From positions 75,593 to 139,592 of the forward strand of contig DATMNC010000002.1 in assembly GCA_035569395.1 (NCBI GenBank): a stretch of DNA of 64,000 bases, read 5' to 3'. The translations under genes were made by a program, and so were the position numbers. This DNA is from Thermoanaerobaculia bacterium. Its GTDB lineage: Bacteria > Acidobacteriota > Thermoanaerobaculia > Gp7-AA8. The notes below the pieces were generated by a model that did no database searches, was not told where the DNA came from, and saw nothing but the letters and a program-made list of their open reading frames with translations. Each line of letters opens with the position of its first letter. Position 1 is the first letter of the stretch. Below, piece after piece: positions 8,201 through 16,185 of this stretch.

Positions 8201-8494
8201 TTGGAAGACTTTATTCCAACGGCAGTGTGGAATGCAAGGGTGCAGGAAGCCCAGCTCTTCGGCCGCCGTCTCCGCGAGCTCCGCAAGGCAAGCGAGCTGA
8301 CTCAGGAAGCGCTTGCCGAGGCCGCCGACCTCTCGGGCAACTACATCAGCGATCTGGAGCTGGGTCTGAAGGTGCCGAGTCTGACGATCCTTGTCCGTCT
8401 CTCCGAGGCGCTCGACATCGGTACCCCGGAGTTGCTCGCGGACTTCACGCGGAGTGCCGTGAAGAGGTTGAAGGTGCGTCAGCACCGGGTGTGA
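8201..8494 (+). CDS. XRE-family helix-turn-helix transcriptional regulator (paralog 1)
   Basis: LFGRRLRELRKASELTQEALAEAADLSGNYISDLELG HTH signature; paralog of 9301..9585. Confidence 0.75.
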   Translation: MEDFIPTAVWNARVQEAQLFGRRLRELRKASELTQEALAEAADLSGNYISDLELGLKVPSLTILVRLSEALDIGTPELLADFTRSAVKRLKVRQHRV

Positions 8495-8640
8495 CGTGGT
8501 CCTGGAACACCGCCGGACAATCCGGGTGTTATACTTTCGACATCTGCTCCCCGTTGGATCAGCCCTCTGGGCCTCTGGCGGGGTTTTGTATTTTGGGGGA
8601 ATGTTGGACCTTCGCTCACACGGCAGGAAGAGGACAATGC

Positions 8641-9213
8641 ATGCCTGCTGAGCCGGCCAACAAGCGCGCTGTCGCCTTCATCGATGGGCAGAATCTCTTC
8701 TATGCGGTCAAGTATGCGTTTGGCTACTCCTACCCCAACTACGATATCCGGCGCTGACCGCGGCGGTTTTCGGCCGCCGAGGGTGCCTGGTATCCGGGAT
8801 TCGTTTCTACACCGGAATCCCCAAGTGTCGATGACGATCCCTTCTGGAACCACTTCTGGAACGCGAAGCTAGCGGTTATGGGCACGAGGGGCGTCGTCAC
8901 GTTCGCCCGCAATCTCCGATACCGCAATCAGACCGTCCCGCTATCCGACGGCACGAGCACGACCGTTCTGGTAGGCCAGGAAAAGGGCATCGATGTCCGG
9001 TTGGCGCTTGACGTTGTACGGCTCGCCCGTGAAGACGCATATGACGTGGCTGTCCTCTTCAGCCAGGATCAGGATCTTTCCGAGGTCGCCGATGAGGTCA
9101 GGGCCATCTCGATCGCTCAACAGCGATGGATCAAGGTGGCCTGCGCCTATCCAGTCAGCCCTGCCTATACCAATTCGCGAGGGGTGAACAAGACCGATTG
9201 GGCGGGGGTGTAG
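8641..9213 (+). pseudogene. NYN/LabA-like (PIN-like) nuclease gene interrupted by an in-frame TGA at 8755-8757
   Basis: N-terminus KRAVAFIDGQNLFYAVKYAF... then stop, then the same frame continues ...GQEKGIDVRLALDVVRLAREDAYDVAVLFSQDQDL (NYN core); 8083..8757 and 8878..9213 are the same reading frame. Confidence 0.6.
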
Positions 9214-9290
9214 GAAGAGGTCGCGGATCAGGGTGGGGGTGGTTGTCATCGCGTCTCCTTTGCGTGTCTTCTCAGAACGAGCGAATATCA
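9196..9290. repeat. Near-identical duplicate of 8083-8170 (start codon, first 13 codons and upstream region of the 7680..8138 gene)
   Basis: aggaagaggtcgcggatcagggtgggggtggttgtc...cat and tcctttgcgtg shared by both copies; the six-frame ORF 8941..9291 (-) is an artefact carrying the duplicated N-terminus. Confidence 0.7.
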
Positions 9291-9300
9291 ACTATCGACG

Positions 9301-9585
9301 ATGGAGTCTACATCAACGATCGTTGAAGCTCAACCCGACATGGCCGTCGAAGCAGAGATCTTCGGAAAGCGCCTGCGCCAGCTCCGCCTCGCCGCCGGCT
9401 GGACCCAGGAGCAGTTCGCCGAAGCCGCGGGAATCACGACGACGTATACGAGCGATCTCGAACGGGGGACGAAGGTGCCGAGTCTCACGATCGTCTTGCG
9501 GATCAGCAAGGCCTTCAAGATGCCGATCGCTGAGTTGCTCCGCGATTTCACGGTGGAGGGGGTGCGGCGGTTGAGGTTGGACTAG
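9301..9585 (+). CDS. XRE-family helix-turn-helix transcriptional regulator (paralog 2)
   Basis: IFGKRLRQLRLAAGWTQEQFAEAAGITTTYTSDLERG; colinear with the 8201..8494 product. Confidence 0.75.
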   Translation: MESTSTIVEAQPDMAVEAEIFGKRLRQLRLAAGWTQEQFAEAAGITTTYTSDLERGTKVPSLTIVLRISKAFKMPIAELLRDFTVEGVRRLRLD

Positions 9586-9654
9586 TGCCGCCTGCGACAC
9601 CCAGGTATGGGACTGTGACCGCTGTCAATGGTAATCTGACGGAAGGGAGGGAAG

Positions 9655-10845
9655 ATGCGTCTTCTGGACCTTTGGCAGTCAGATCCGTCAATCGAAAATA
9701 AGCGACTTGAACAAATAATCGCCTTTGCGGGTGAGGGCCGCTTCGCTGAAAACAACGATACCTCACGCGAGTTTCGCCAGTACCTCAGCCGTGTCGGCCC
9801 AGAGAGGTTGAAATCCTACTGCGCGGAATGTCTGTCGGGAGATAAATTTGCGGCCGCCGCATTTGCGCTGCAGGATGTAATCAACGAGATCGGTAGGCGC
9901 CTCGGATTCTCGGTACAACCAGGTAGGTATCGCGGAGTAACAGGGGAGATTGGCTACGACGGTCTTTGGACGTTGCAACGCGGACACGTCTTGGTCGTGG
10001 AGGTCAAGACCTCTGACGCTTACCGCGTGTCCCTTAATACTGTCGCAGGCTATCGGAAGCGCCTGATCGAGAACGAATCAATACCGAGGGACGATTCGTC
10101 GTGCCTGATCATTGTCGGAAGACAGGACACCGGTGGCCTCGAGGCAGAGGTGCGCGGATCGCGACACGCCTGGGAGATGAGGCTTCTCAGCATTGACGCG
10201 TTGCTTAAGTTGCTTGACCTTCGGCAGCGGCTTGAAGATCCCGGTGTGGTGCGAAGAGTTGGGGAGATTCTCGTTCCACATGAGTTCACACGCGTTGACG
10301 ACATTGTGGATATTGTCTTCGAAACCGCAGAGGACACATTGGTGGAGCAGCCGACGAATGCATCGGCCGCCGCAGAAATTTTGGATGTCGAAGAAGAGGA
10401 TGATGAATCCCCTGGTCCAAGAATGGACATCATGGCGGTCGGTCGCGACTCTGCAGCCAGAGTGGCGAAAAAGGTCAATGCGCCGCTGATCCAACGGTCA
10501 CGTGGCACGTTCTCTTCGGCGGATGAGTCCTTGAGAGTCGTCTGCGCGTACTCGAGAACATATGGAGCCGCGCCAGAGGGCGGCTTCTGGTTCGCCTTTC
10601 ATCCTTACCAAAAAGACTATCTGGACAAGGCAAAGCAGGGTTTCGTAGCTCTCACGTGCGGTGATGCGGCAACGATTCTCCTGATTCCGATTCTGGACTT
10701 CTCGGATTGGCTAACTGGTATGCACGAGACGATTTCGCCAGATCGCCGCTACTGGCATGTGCGTATCAGAAGGGTCAGCGGTCGGTTCACCATGTATCGC
10801 CGGAAGGGTCAAGAAAGAATCGAGCTGACAAAGTACCTGGTGTGA
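9655..10845 (+). CDS. Predicted PD-(D/E)xK-fold nuclease-like protein with an uncharacterised C-terminal domain (possible restriction/defence enzyme)
   Basis: GYDGLWTLQRGHVLVVEVKTSD gives a D...E-x-K arrangement; 396 aa; local GC clearly lower than the flanks. Confidence 0.5.
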   Translation: MRLLDLWQSDPSIENKRLEQIIAFAGEGRFAENNDTSREFRQYLSRVGPERLKSYCAECLSGDKFAAAAFALQDVINEIGRRLGFSVQPGRYRGVTGEIGYDGLWTLQRGHVLVVEVKTSDAYRVSLNTVAGYRKRLIENESIPRDDSSCLIIVGRQDTGGLEAEVRGSRHAWEMRLLSIDALLKLLDLRQRLEDPGVVRRVGEILVPHEFTRVDDIVDIVFETAEDTLVEQPTNASAAAEILDVEEEDDESPGPRMDIMAVGRDSAARVAKKVNAPLIQRSRGTFSSADESLRVVCAYSRTYGAAPEGGFWFAFHPYQKDYLDKAKQGFVALTCGDAATILLIPILDFSDWLTGMHETISPDRRYWHVRIRRVSGRFTMYRRKGQERIELTKYLV

Positions 10846-10880
10846 TGCCGAGGGTGGAGTGATGCAGCCGTAAAGCTGGA

Positions 10881-11582
10881 CTAGCGCACCATCCGCATCG
10901 GCAGCCCGACTCTGTCCATCGGCGGATCGACCGGCATCGTTTGCGAGTCCCCGTTCACGATCCGTTGCGCCGTCCACAGCGCGGCGAAGGCGTCGGCGAT
11001 GTCGTCGTTTGAGGCGTGTCTCGGTTTTATCTGATTGCGCGCGGTTTCGAACGCCAGCGGGCCGAAGTGGCGGGCGATGAGGTTGCGGCGGATGGCGTGT
11101 CCCTCTGGGGTTTGCTTGGGAGGGATGATCGGGGCTCCGGACCAGGTGCTGAATGTCAGCTCGGGGTGCACCTCGAACACTCGGCCGCGGAGGGCGGTGT
11201 CTGTCTGCAGCGCATCGTCGACTTCGCGGATCTTCGGGTAGATCGCCCACGCCTGTTGCGGGATTCCCTTCTTCTGCGCTGCCATCGACGCCGCGTTCGC
11301 CTCGGCGTACGTCGACGCGGACAACGCGCCCCGGATCGGGGAGGGGAAGACGCTGGTCCCTCGTTTTGGTCCGAGGTGACGGCGGGCGTCGAGATCGCAC
11401 TGCCGAGGACCGTGGTCTGTGAGGCCGATCGGGATGTCGATGGCAATCACAGCGGCGTCGAGGGCGTTCGTCAGGTCGGAGAAGGTGAGGAAGACGTGCG
11501 CTGTGATGTTGTGGTTTTCGGTATGTTCGACGACGGCAATCCAACCGGATGGGCAACCATCCACTCCTGCGATATTGGGCAT
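10881..11582 (-). CDS. DUF429-family protein (predicted RNase H-like fold)
   Basis: N-terminus IAGVDGCPSGWIAVV typical of DUF429; 233 aa. Confidence 0.6.
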   Translation of the reverse strand: MPNIAGVDGCPSGWIAVVEHTENHNITAHVFLTFSDLTNALDAAVIAIDIPIGLTDHGPRQCDLDARRHLGPKRGTSVFPSPIRGALSASTYAEANAASMAAQKKGIPQQAWAIYPKIREVDDALQTDTALRGRVFEVHPELTFSTWSGAPIIPPKQTPEGHAIRRNLIARHFGPLAFETARNQIKPRHASNDDIADAFAALWTAQRIVNGDSQTMPVDPPMDRVGLPMRMVR

Positions 11583-11630
11583 GAAGGGATGATATGCGGT
11601 TAATTCGCCGTTGACTGCGCAACGGACCGG

Positions 11631-11957
11631 GTGTACGAAGGGCTGTACTCACGACTCGAACATCAGATTCAGAACCAGACTGACCGAGGAGCGCTCTTGC
11701 CAACGATCAGTATCTTCTACGGTGTCGTGATTCAGATGTTCGCAGGGGACCATCCACCGCCGCACTTTCATGTCATGTATGCGGAACATGAAGCGCTGAT
11801 TGACCTGCGGCATCTTCGATTGATGCGGGGCTCGCTGCCGCGCCGGGCCATGGCCCTTGTGCTGGAATGGGCTTCGGAGCATCGTGATGAGCTGATGGAG
11901 GATTGGGAGCTATGTCAACGAATGCAGCCGCCCAAGCGGATCGCGCCGCTGAAGTAG
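11631..11957 (+). CDS. DUF4160-family protein
   Basis: ISIFYGVVIQMFAGDHPPPHFHVMYAEHEA matches the DUF4160 signature. Confidence 0.65.
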   Translation: MYEGLYSRLEHQIQNQTDRGALLPTISIFYGVVIQMFAGDHPPPHFHVMYAEHEALIDLRHLRLMRGSLPRRAMALVLEWASEHRDELMEDWELCQRMQPPKRIAPLK

Positions 11958-12247
11958 TGCCCGCGGTCGAGCCGCGCGCGCCCTGGCGCGTGCGGGAGAT
12001 TCGCGTCGTGGAACATGGTGTGTTGAACGTTCGCTTCGTCGACGACACGGAAGGGACGTTGGATATGCGCGCGTTGCTCGACAGCGACAAGGTGATCGGG
12101 ACCGTCTTCGAGCCTTTGCGCGATGCGTCGCGATTCGCCCAGGCGGCGATCCATCTCGGGACCGTGGAATGGCCCGGCGAAATCGATCTTGCTCCTGATG
12201 CCATGTACGACGAGATCCGTGCGCATGGGGCTTGGGTTGTCGGTTGA
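11912..12247 (+). CDS. DUF2442-family protein (partner of DUF4160)
   Basis: PWRVREIRVVEHGVLNVRFVDDTEG; start uncertain (ATG 11912 with a GGGAG just upstream, or GTG 11957 overlapping the upstream TAG). Confidence 0.6.
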   Translation: MSTNAAAQADRAAEVVPAVEPRAPWRVREIRVVEHGVLNVRFVDDTEGTLDMRALLDSDKVIGTVFEPLRDASRFAQAAIHLGTVEWPGEIDLAPDAMYDEIRAHGAWVVG

Positions 12248-12368
12248 GCAGTGCTGGCGGACCTGAACGAGGCAATGCTGGGCAACACTGGGGGTGGCGA
12301 GACCGGAGCGAGACGCCAGCGCTCCGACTGCGCGCCTTCGGCGCGTCTCGACAGCTCGCTGGCGCTCC

Positions 12369-13196
12369 TTACTTCACCGCGTAGCCGGTGGCTATTAGGG
12401 CGTCGCGGATCGGTTCGGGGCGGTCGGTGGTGATCGTGGTGACGCCGAGCCTCGCCATATCGAGCGCGATCGACGGGTCGTCGACGGTCCAGACTACGGG
12501 GCGGAGGTTTTCTTCGTGCAGGCGGGTGACGAGCGACGGCGGCACGGCGAAGCTGGTGTCGATGCCGGTCAGGCCGTATTGCTTGATCAGGGCGATCAGG
12601 TCGTCTTCCACGTATGGTTTTGTAACCGTTCGGAAGCCGGGGCCTTCGTCGTAGAGGACTTTCCAACTGCCGTGGTCGTAGTCGGCCTCGAAGACGACGA
12701 TGAGAAGGCAGTCGTTTTCGGGCATCTCTTGCTTCGCAAGAAGGATGGTGTCGATGTCGAAGCTGATGAAGACGACCTGCGCGGCTTTGCCGGACTGGCG
12801 GACGATCTCGGCGGTCGGGGGGACCACCTGGGGACCGTCCTTGAGTTCGATGAAGAGCTCGCAGCCGTCTGGCATGGCGTCGAGGACGTCTTCGATCAGC
12901 GGAAGGCGCGTGCCGGCGAACTTCTGCGCTTTCCAGCGGCCGGCGTCAAGGGAGCGGAGCTCGGCGGAGAACCGGTCGCGGACGGTCCAACTGGCGTTCG
13001 TGGTCCGGTCGGTGGTGTCGTCGTGGATGACGATGACCTGGCCGTCCTTGGTGAGATGCACGTCGAGCTCGCACGCCCGGCAGATCTTCCATCCCTCGGC
13101 GAACGCGGGGAGGGTGTTCTCGGGAGGCGCGTCCGGCTGCACGAATCCCTGACCCATGCCGCGATGGGCGACGACCTGGATGATTGGTTTACTCAT
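12369..13196 (-). CDS. Glycerophosphodiester phosphodiesterase family protein
   Basis: VAHRG, ENTLPAF, ELDVHLTKDGQVIVIHD motifs. Confidence 0.75.
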   Translation of the reverse strand: MSKPIIQVVAHRGMGQGFVQPDAPPENTLPAFAEGWKICRACELDVHLTKDGQVIVIHDDTTDRTTNASWTVRDRFSAELRSLDAGRWKAQKFAGTRLPLIEDVLDAMPDGCELFIELKDGPQVVPPTAEIVRQSGKAAQVVFISFDIDTILLAKQEMPENDCLLIVVFEADYDHGSWKVLYDEGPGFRTVTKPYVEDDLIALIKQYGLTGIDTSFAVPPSLVTRLHEENLRPVVWTVDDPSIALDMARLGVTTITTDRPEPIRDALIATGYAVK

Positions 13197-13590
13197 TGAC
13201 GAAGACCGTTACCTTTCTCGTGGATCGTGGACCATCGAGCTCGACGAAGTAAATCCCCTGCCACGTGCCGAGGATGAGTTTTCCCGCGCGGTAGGGCCAG
13301 GAGAGCGAGCAGCCGATGAGGAGCGAGAGGAAATGAGCGTCGGAGTTCCCTTCGCCATGTTCGAAGCGGACCTTCGGCACGAGAGCGCGCAGGGCCTTGG
13401 TCAGGTCGGCCGGGACGTCGGGATCGGCGTTTTCGTTGACCGAGATGGCGCAGGTGGTGTGGGGGACGACGATGGTGGCGATGCCGTCTCCGCCGGTGAG
13501 CGATCCGAGCGCCTTCTGCACTTCGGAGGTGATGATGAGGATCTGCTCGCGCGCGGTGGTGCGGAGGGAGAAGGTCTGCTCGCGGAGCAT
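13189..13590 (-). CDS. YjbQ/UPF0047 family (secondary thiamine-phosphate synthase-like)
   Basis: 133 aa; HTTCAISVNENADPDV and GTWQGIYFVELDG resemble YjbQ. Confidence 0.6.
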   Translation of the reverse strand: MLREQTFSLRTTAREQILIITSEVQKALGSLTGGDGIATIVVPHTTCAISVNENADPDVPADLTKALRALVPKVRFEHGEGNSDAHFLSLLIGCSLSWPYRAGKLILGTWQGIYFVELDGPRSTRKVTVFVNE

Positions 13591-13620
13591 GGTGAATGAT
13601 AAGCGCGCTGCGCGCGCGTT

Positions 13621-13721
13621 GTCGGTTGTCGGTTATCGCGGCTATCGGTCACTGACGTGCCAAGAGCCGGCACAGACAAGAGTGTCTGTGCCACATTGCA
13701 ACCAATAACCGACAACCGAAA
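13621..13721. repeat. Hairpin element: 20-bp palindrome CACAGACAAGAGTGTCTGTG (13671-13690) flanked by GTTGTCG heptamer arms
   Basis: Read directly; the same core recurs at 16061-16080 and 22261-22280. Confidence 0.7.
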
Positions 13722-13765
13722 CGCTGAAGGCCGTTAACGCCACAGCAACCTATAATGAGATCCGG

Positions 13766-16003
13766 TTGACCCCTCGTTACTTCACGATCCTCGTCATCCT
13801 CCTCGTCGCCAGTGCGGCGCATGCGGCCGACGTTCCGATCAGCATGCCGGCGTTCGGTCCGGCTACGAACGGCACCGACGCAGGCATGTCCATCGTGCGG
13901 TTGGGCGACGGTTTTCTGGCGATCTGGGGGGAGGGTCCGCCGTGTGGTGATCCGGAGCTGCACGGCATCCGTCTCGATCGCGATGCCCAACCGCGCGATC
14001 AGGCCAGCTTCCTCGTGGCGCCGGCTCTCTACGAGACGAGCCTCATCGCCACCGCGGCGGATGGTGACGATGCGTACGTGGCCTGGCGGTCCTATGGGGT
14101 CAGCGCGCATCTGATGCGCGTCAGTGCCGATGGCACGGTGACGAAACTATCGGATTCCGTTCCCATCGCCCGTGCGGTCAATATGCGAGCCAGCAATGGC
14201 AACGTTCTCTTTCTCGGTTCGCGGAGCAATCTGGGCGACCCGCTGACGGTGACCCTGGTCGACCGCGCGGGGGTGGTTGTGCGAAGCGGTGTGACGATCG
14301 TCGGAGATAACGCGTCGGTGATGGATTTCATCGCTGCCAGTGGCGCGTTCCTGTTCGGTTGGGTCGGCGCCGATGGAATCCACGTCACACGCGTCTCGGC
14401 GGACGCCGTCGCGGCGAACAGCATTCCGAGCACGCCGGCCATCCTGAGTACGTCAAGCGGGACCTTTTTCCGGCTTGCCTCGAACGGGATCCATTCGATG
14501 GCGTCCTGGTTTGACGCGGGTACCCACGAGATCCGCGTGCTTCCTCTCTCGACCTCGGGAGAACCGATGGGAGCACCGATATCGCTCGGAACGTTCTCGC
14601 CGGTCGAGGCGCCAGCCATCATCGGAGTCGGTGACGGATACGAAATCCTCCTTCGCGAGGTGACGATCGGCGCCGGACAGATCGCTGCCCTTCGCGTCTC
14701 GTTCGATGGAGCTCTGCAATCCGTGCATCACAACCCCGCCATCACCTTCCAGCCGGCGGCGGCCCAGAACGGCGATCGGACTGTCGCGATCTGGAGCGAC
14801 AGACGGTTTGCGACGAGTAAGGGAGGCGAGATCATTGCCGAGCCGATTGCCATCGACGGCAGCATCGGTGCGGGAACGATCGTCTCGCTCGAGCCGGTGG
14901 AGCAACACGTGCGCAAGTTCCTGCCGTTCGCCGGTGGCGTGGCAGCGCTTTGGACGGACAGCGCGCCCAACGATCGTCTTTCCGTCGGCCGTGTGACGCC
15001 GGCAGGCGCGCCGATCGACGGAGCCGGGCTGCGCCTTCGCGAATCGATTTACGATCAGAGACACAGCGCAATCGCCACCGACGGCGAGCGGCTTTTTGTT
15101 GCATGGACCGAGGGCGACCCATCGTATGTGCCGCACGTGCTGTACGGAGCGGTGGTCTCGTTCAGCGGATCACCGTCGGTCAGCGTGACGCAACTTGCGA
15201 GTGACGCCGGCGGCGAGAGCGACGTCGCCGTGGCCTGGAACGGCCAGACGTTTACGGTCGTGTATCAGCGTGTCAGAGCTCACAGTACCGACCTGGCAGC
15301 GTTGCGCGTGGACCGCTCCGGCAATGTCGTCGATCCCGACCCGATCCCGCTCACGCCGGCGCGAGTCGGCGATGAGAGTCCCCGCCTTTCATGGAACGGC
15401 AGCGACTATCTGCTGGTCTGGCAGCGCTGGTATGACCCCTTCACGTACATCGGAGAGACGTGCTATCCGCCGCAACCTCCGCTGCCGGCGGAGCTCTTCG
15501 CGCAGCGGTTCAGCGCATCGTTCACTCCCGCCAGCGCGGAAATCAATCTGGCCACCACGACGAACAAAGACGACTACCTGCTCGACGTGCAGGACGACGA
15601 CGTCTCTTTCGCCGGAGGCATCTGGCTCGTAATCTGGCTCGACAAGGCCAAGGGCCTGACCAGATACGCCCGGATCGACACGAGCTCCTCCCGCCTCGAT
15701 CCGCTGAATGGGCAACAACTCCCGGGATTCTACGACAACCCGATTCTCGTACCGGCGTCAGAGGGCTGGACGGTTGCCGGACATGAGGGATACGGCCCGC
15801 ATGGAGCTGGCCGCGGTCTTGCCCTGACTCGGATCGACGCCAATGGCGTGGCGACGTCGGTTCCAACGATTGTCTTTTCCGGGACCAGCGCCGTGGAAGC
15901 CGTTGCCCTGACGCCGATTCCGCTCGTAGCGTACAAGCGGCCCTCGTCAGCCGCGGCGTACATCGCCTCGCTGGCGCAGCGTTCGCGCGCAGCGCGTCAC
16001 TGA
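13766..16003 (+). CDS. Secreted hypothetical protein with ~10 W-containing repeats (beta-propeller-like)
   Basis: TTG start, signal peptide ILVILLVASAAHAADVP; repeated LAIWGEG / VAWRSYG / VAIWSDRR / VAWTEGD / VAVAWNGQ motifs. Confidence 0.55.
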   Translation: MTPRYFTILVILLVASAAHAADVPISMPAFGPATNGTDAGMSIVRLGDGFLAIWGEGPPCGDPELHGIRLDRDAQPRDQASFLVAPALYETSLIATAADGDDAYVAWRSYGVSAHLMRVSADGTVTKLSDSVPIARAVNMRASNGNVLFLGSRSNLGDPLTVTLVDRAGVVVRSGVTIVGDNASVMDFIAASGAFLFGWVGADGIHVTRVSADAVAANSIPSTPAILSTSSGTFFRLASNGIHSMASWFDAGTHEIRVLPLSTSGEPMGAPISLGTFSPVEAPAIIGVGDGYEILLREVTIGAGQIAALRVSFDGALQSVHHNPAITFQPAAAQNGDRTVAIWSDRRFATSKGGEIIAEPIAIDGSIGAGTIVSLEPVEQHVRKFLPFAGGVAALWTDSAPNDRLSVGRVTPAGAPIDGAGLRLRESIYDQRHSAIATDGERLFVAWTEGDPSYVPHVLYGAVVSFSGSPSVSVTQLASDAGGESDVAVAWNGQTFTVVYQRVRAHSTDLAALRVDRSGNVVDPDPIPLTPARVGDESPRLSWNGSDYLLVWQRWYDPFTYIGETCYPPQPPLPAELFAQRFSASFTPASAEINLATTTNKDDYLLDVQDDDVSFAGGIWLVIWLDKAKGLTRYARIDTSSSRLDPLNGQQLPGFYDNPILVPASEGWTVAGHEGYGPHGAGRGLALTRIDANGVATSVPTIVFSGTSAVEAVALTPIPLVAYKRPSSAAAYIASLAQRSRAARH

Positions 16004-16014
16004 GACTGCCTTCG

Positions 16015-16160
16015 GCGTTGGGGTGCTCGGTTACCGATCGCAGCAGCTGCCAAGTACCAGCACAGACAAGAGTGTCTGTGCCACATTGCCGGCGGCCTTC
16101 GGCCACCGACCACCGGCAACGCCGAAGGCAGACAACCGACAACGCGCCGAAGGCGCAGTT
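16015..16160. repeat. Hairpin element with the CACAGACAAGAGTGTCTGTG core (16061-16080) and inverted GCCTTCGGCGTTG arms
   Basis: Read directly. Confidence 0.65.
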
Positions 16161-16185
16161 ATAATCGGCGCACCCGTCTGAACCC

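Noticed and set aside
7378-8286. 302-aa minus-strand ORF and 63-aa plus-strand ORF (7329..7520) spanning the AT-rich repeats
   Set aside because: Their repetitive peptide motifs (EHYTILREPK, ETNFVPMDQNSFPTE) are simply translations of the DNA repeats. The long ORF also overlaps the better-supported 7680..8138 gene in another frame.
8755-8757. Selenocysteine recoding at the in-frame TGA of the NYN gene
   Set aside because: There is no recognisable SECIS-like hairpin immediately downstream, and NYN nucleases are not known selenoproteins. A pseudogene or sequence error is more parsimonious.
8941-9291. 116-aa minus-strand ORF beginning MTTTPTLIRDLFLHP
   Set aside because: Only the first ~15 codons are supported (a duplicate of the 7680..8138 gene start). 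The remainder runs antisense through the conserved NYN-domain coding sequence. It is treated as a truncated duplicate rather than a gene.
5300-11600. Integrase, transposase or tRNA marking the island borders
   Set aside because: All six frames were read for integrase (R..H..R..Y) or transposase DDE signatures and for tRNA-like cloverleaf sequences. None was found.
10711-11703. 330-aa minus-strand ORF overlapping the DUF429 gene
   Set aside because: It is Arg/Pro-rich with no motifs, in a different frame from the DUF429 reading frame, which carries a recognisable N-terminal signature.
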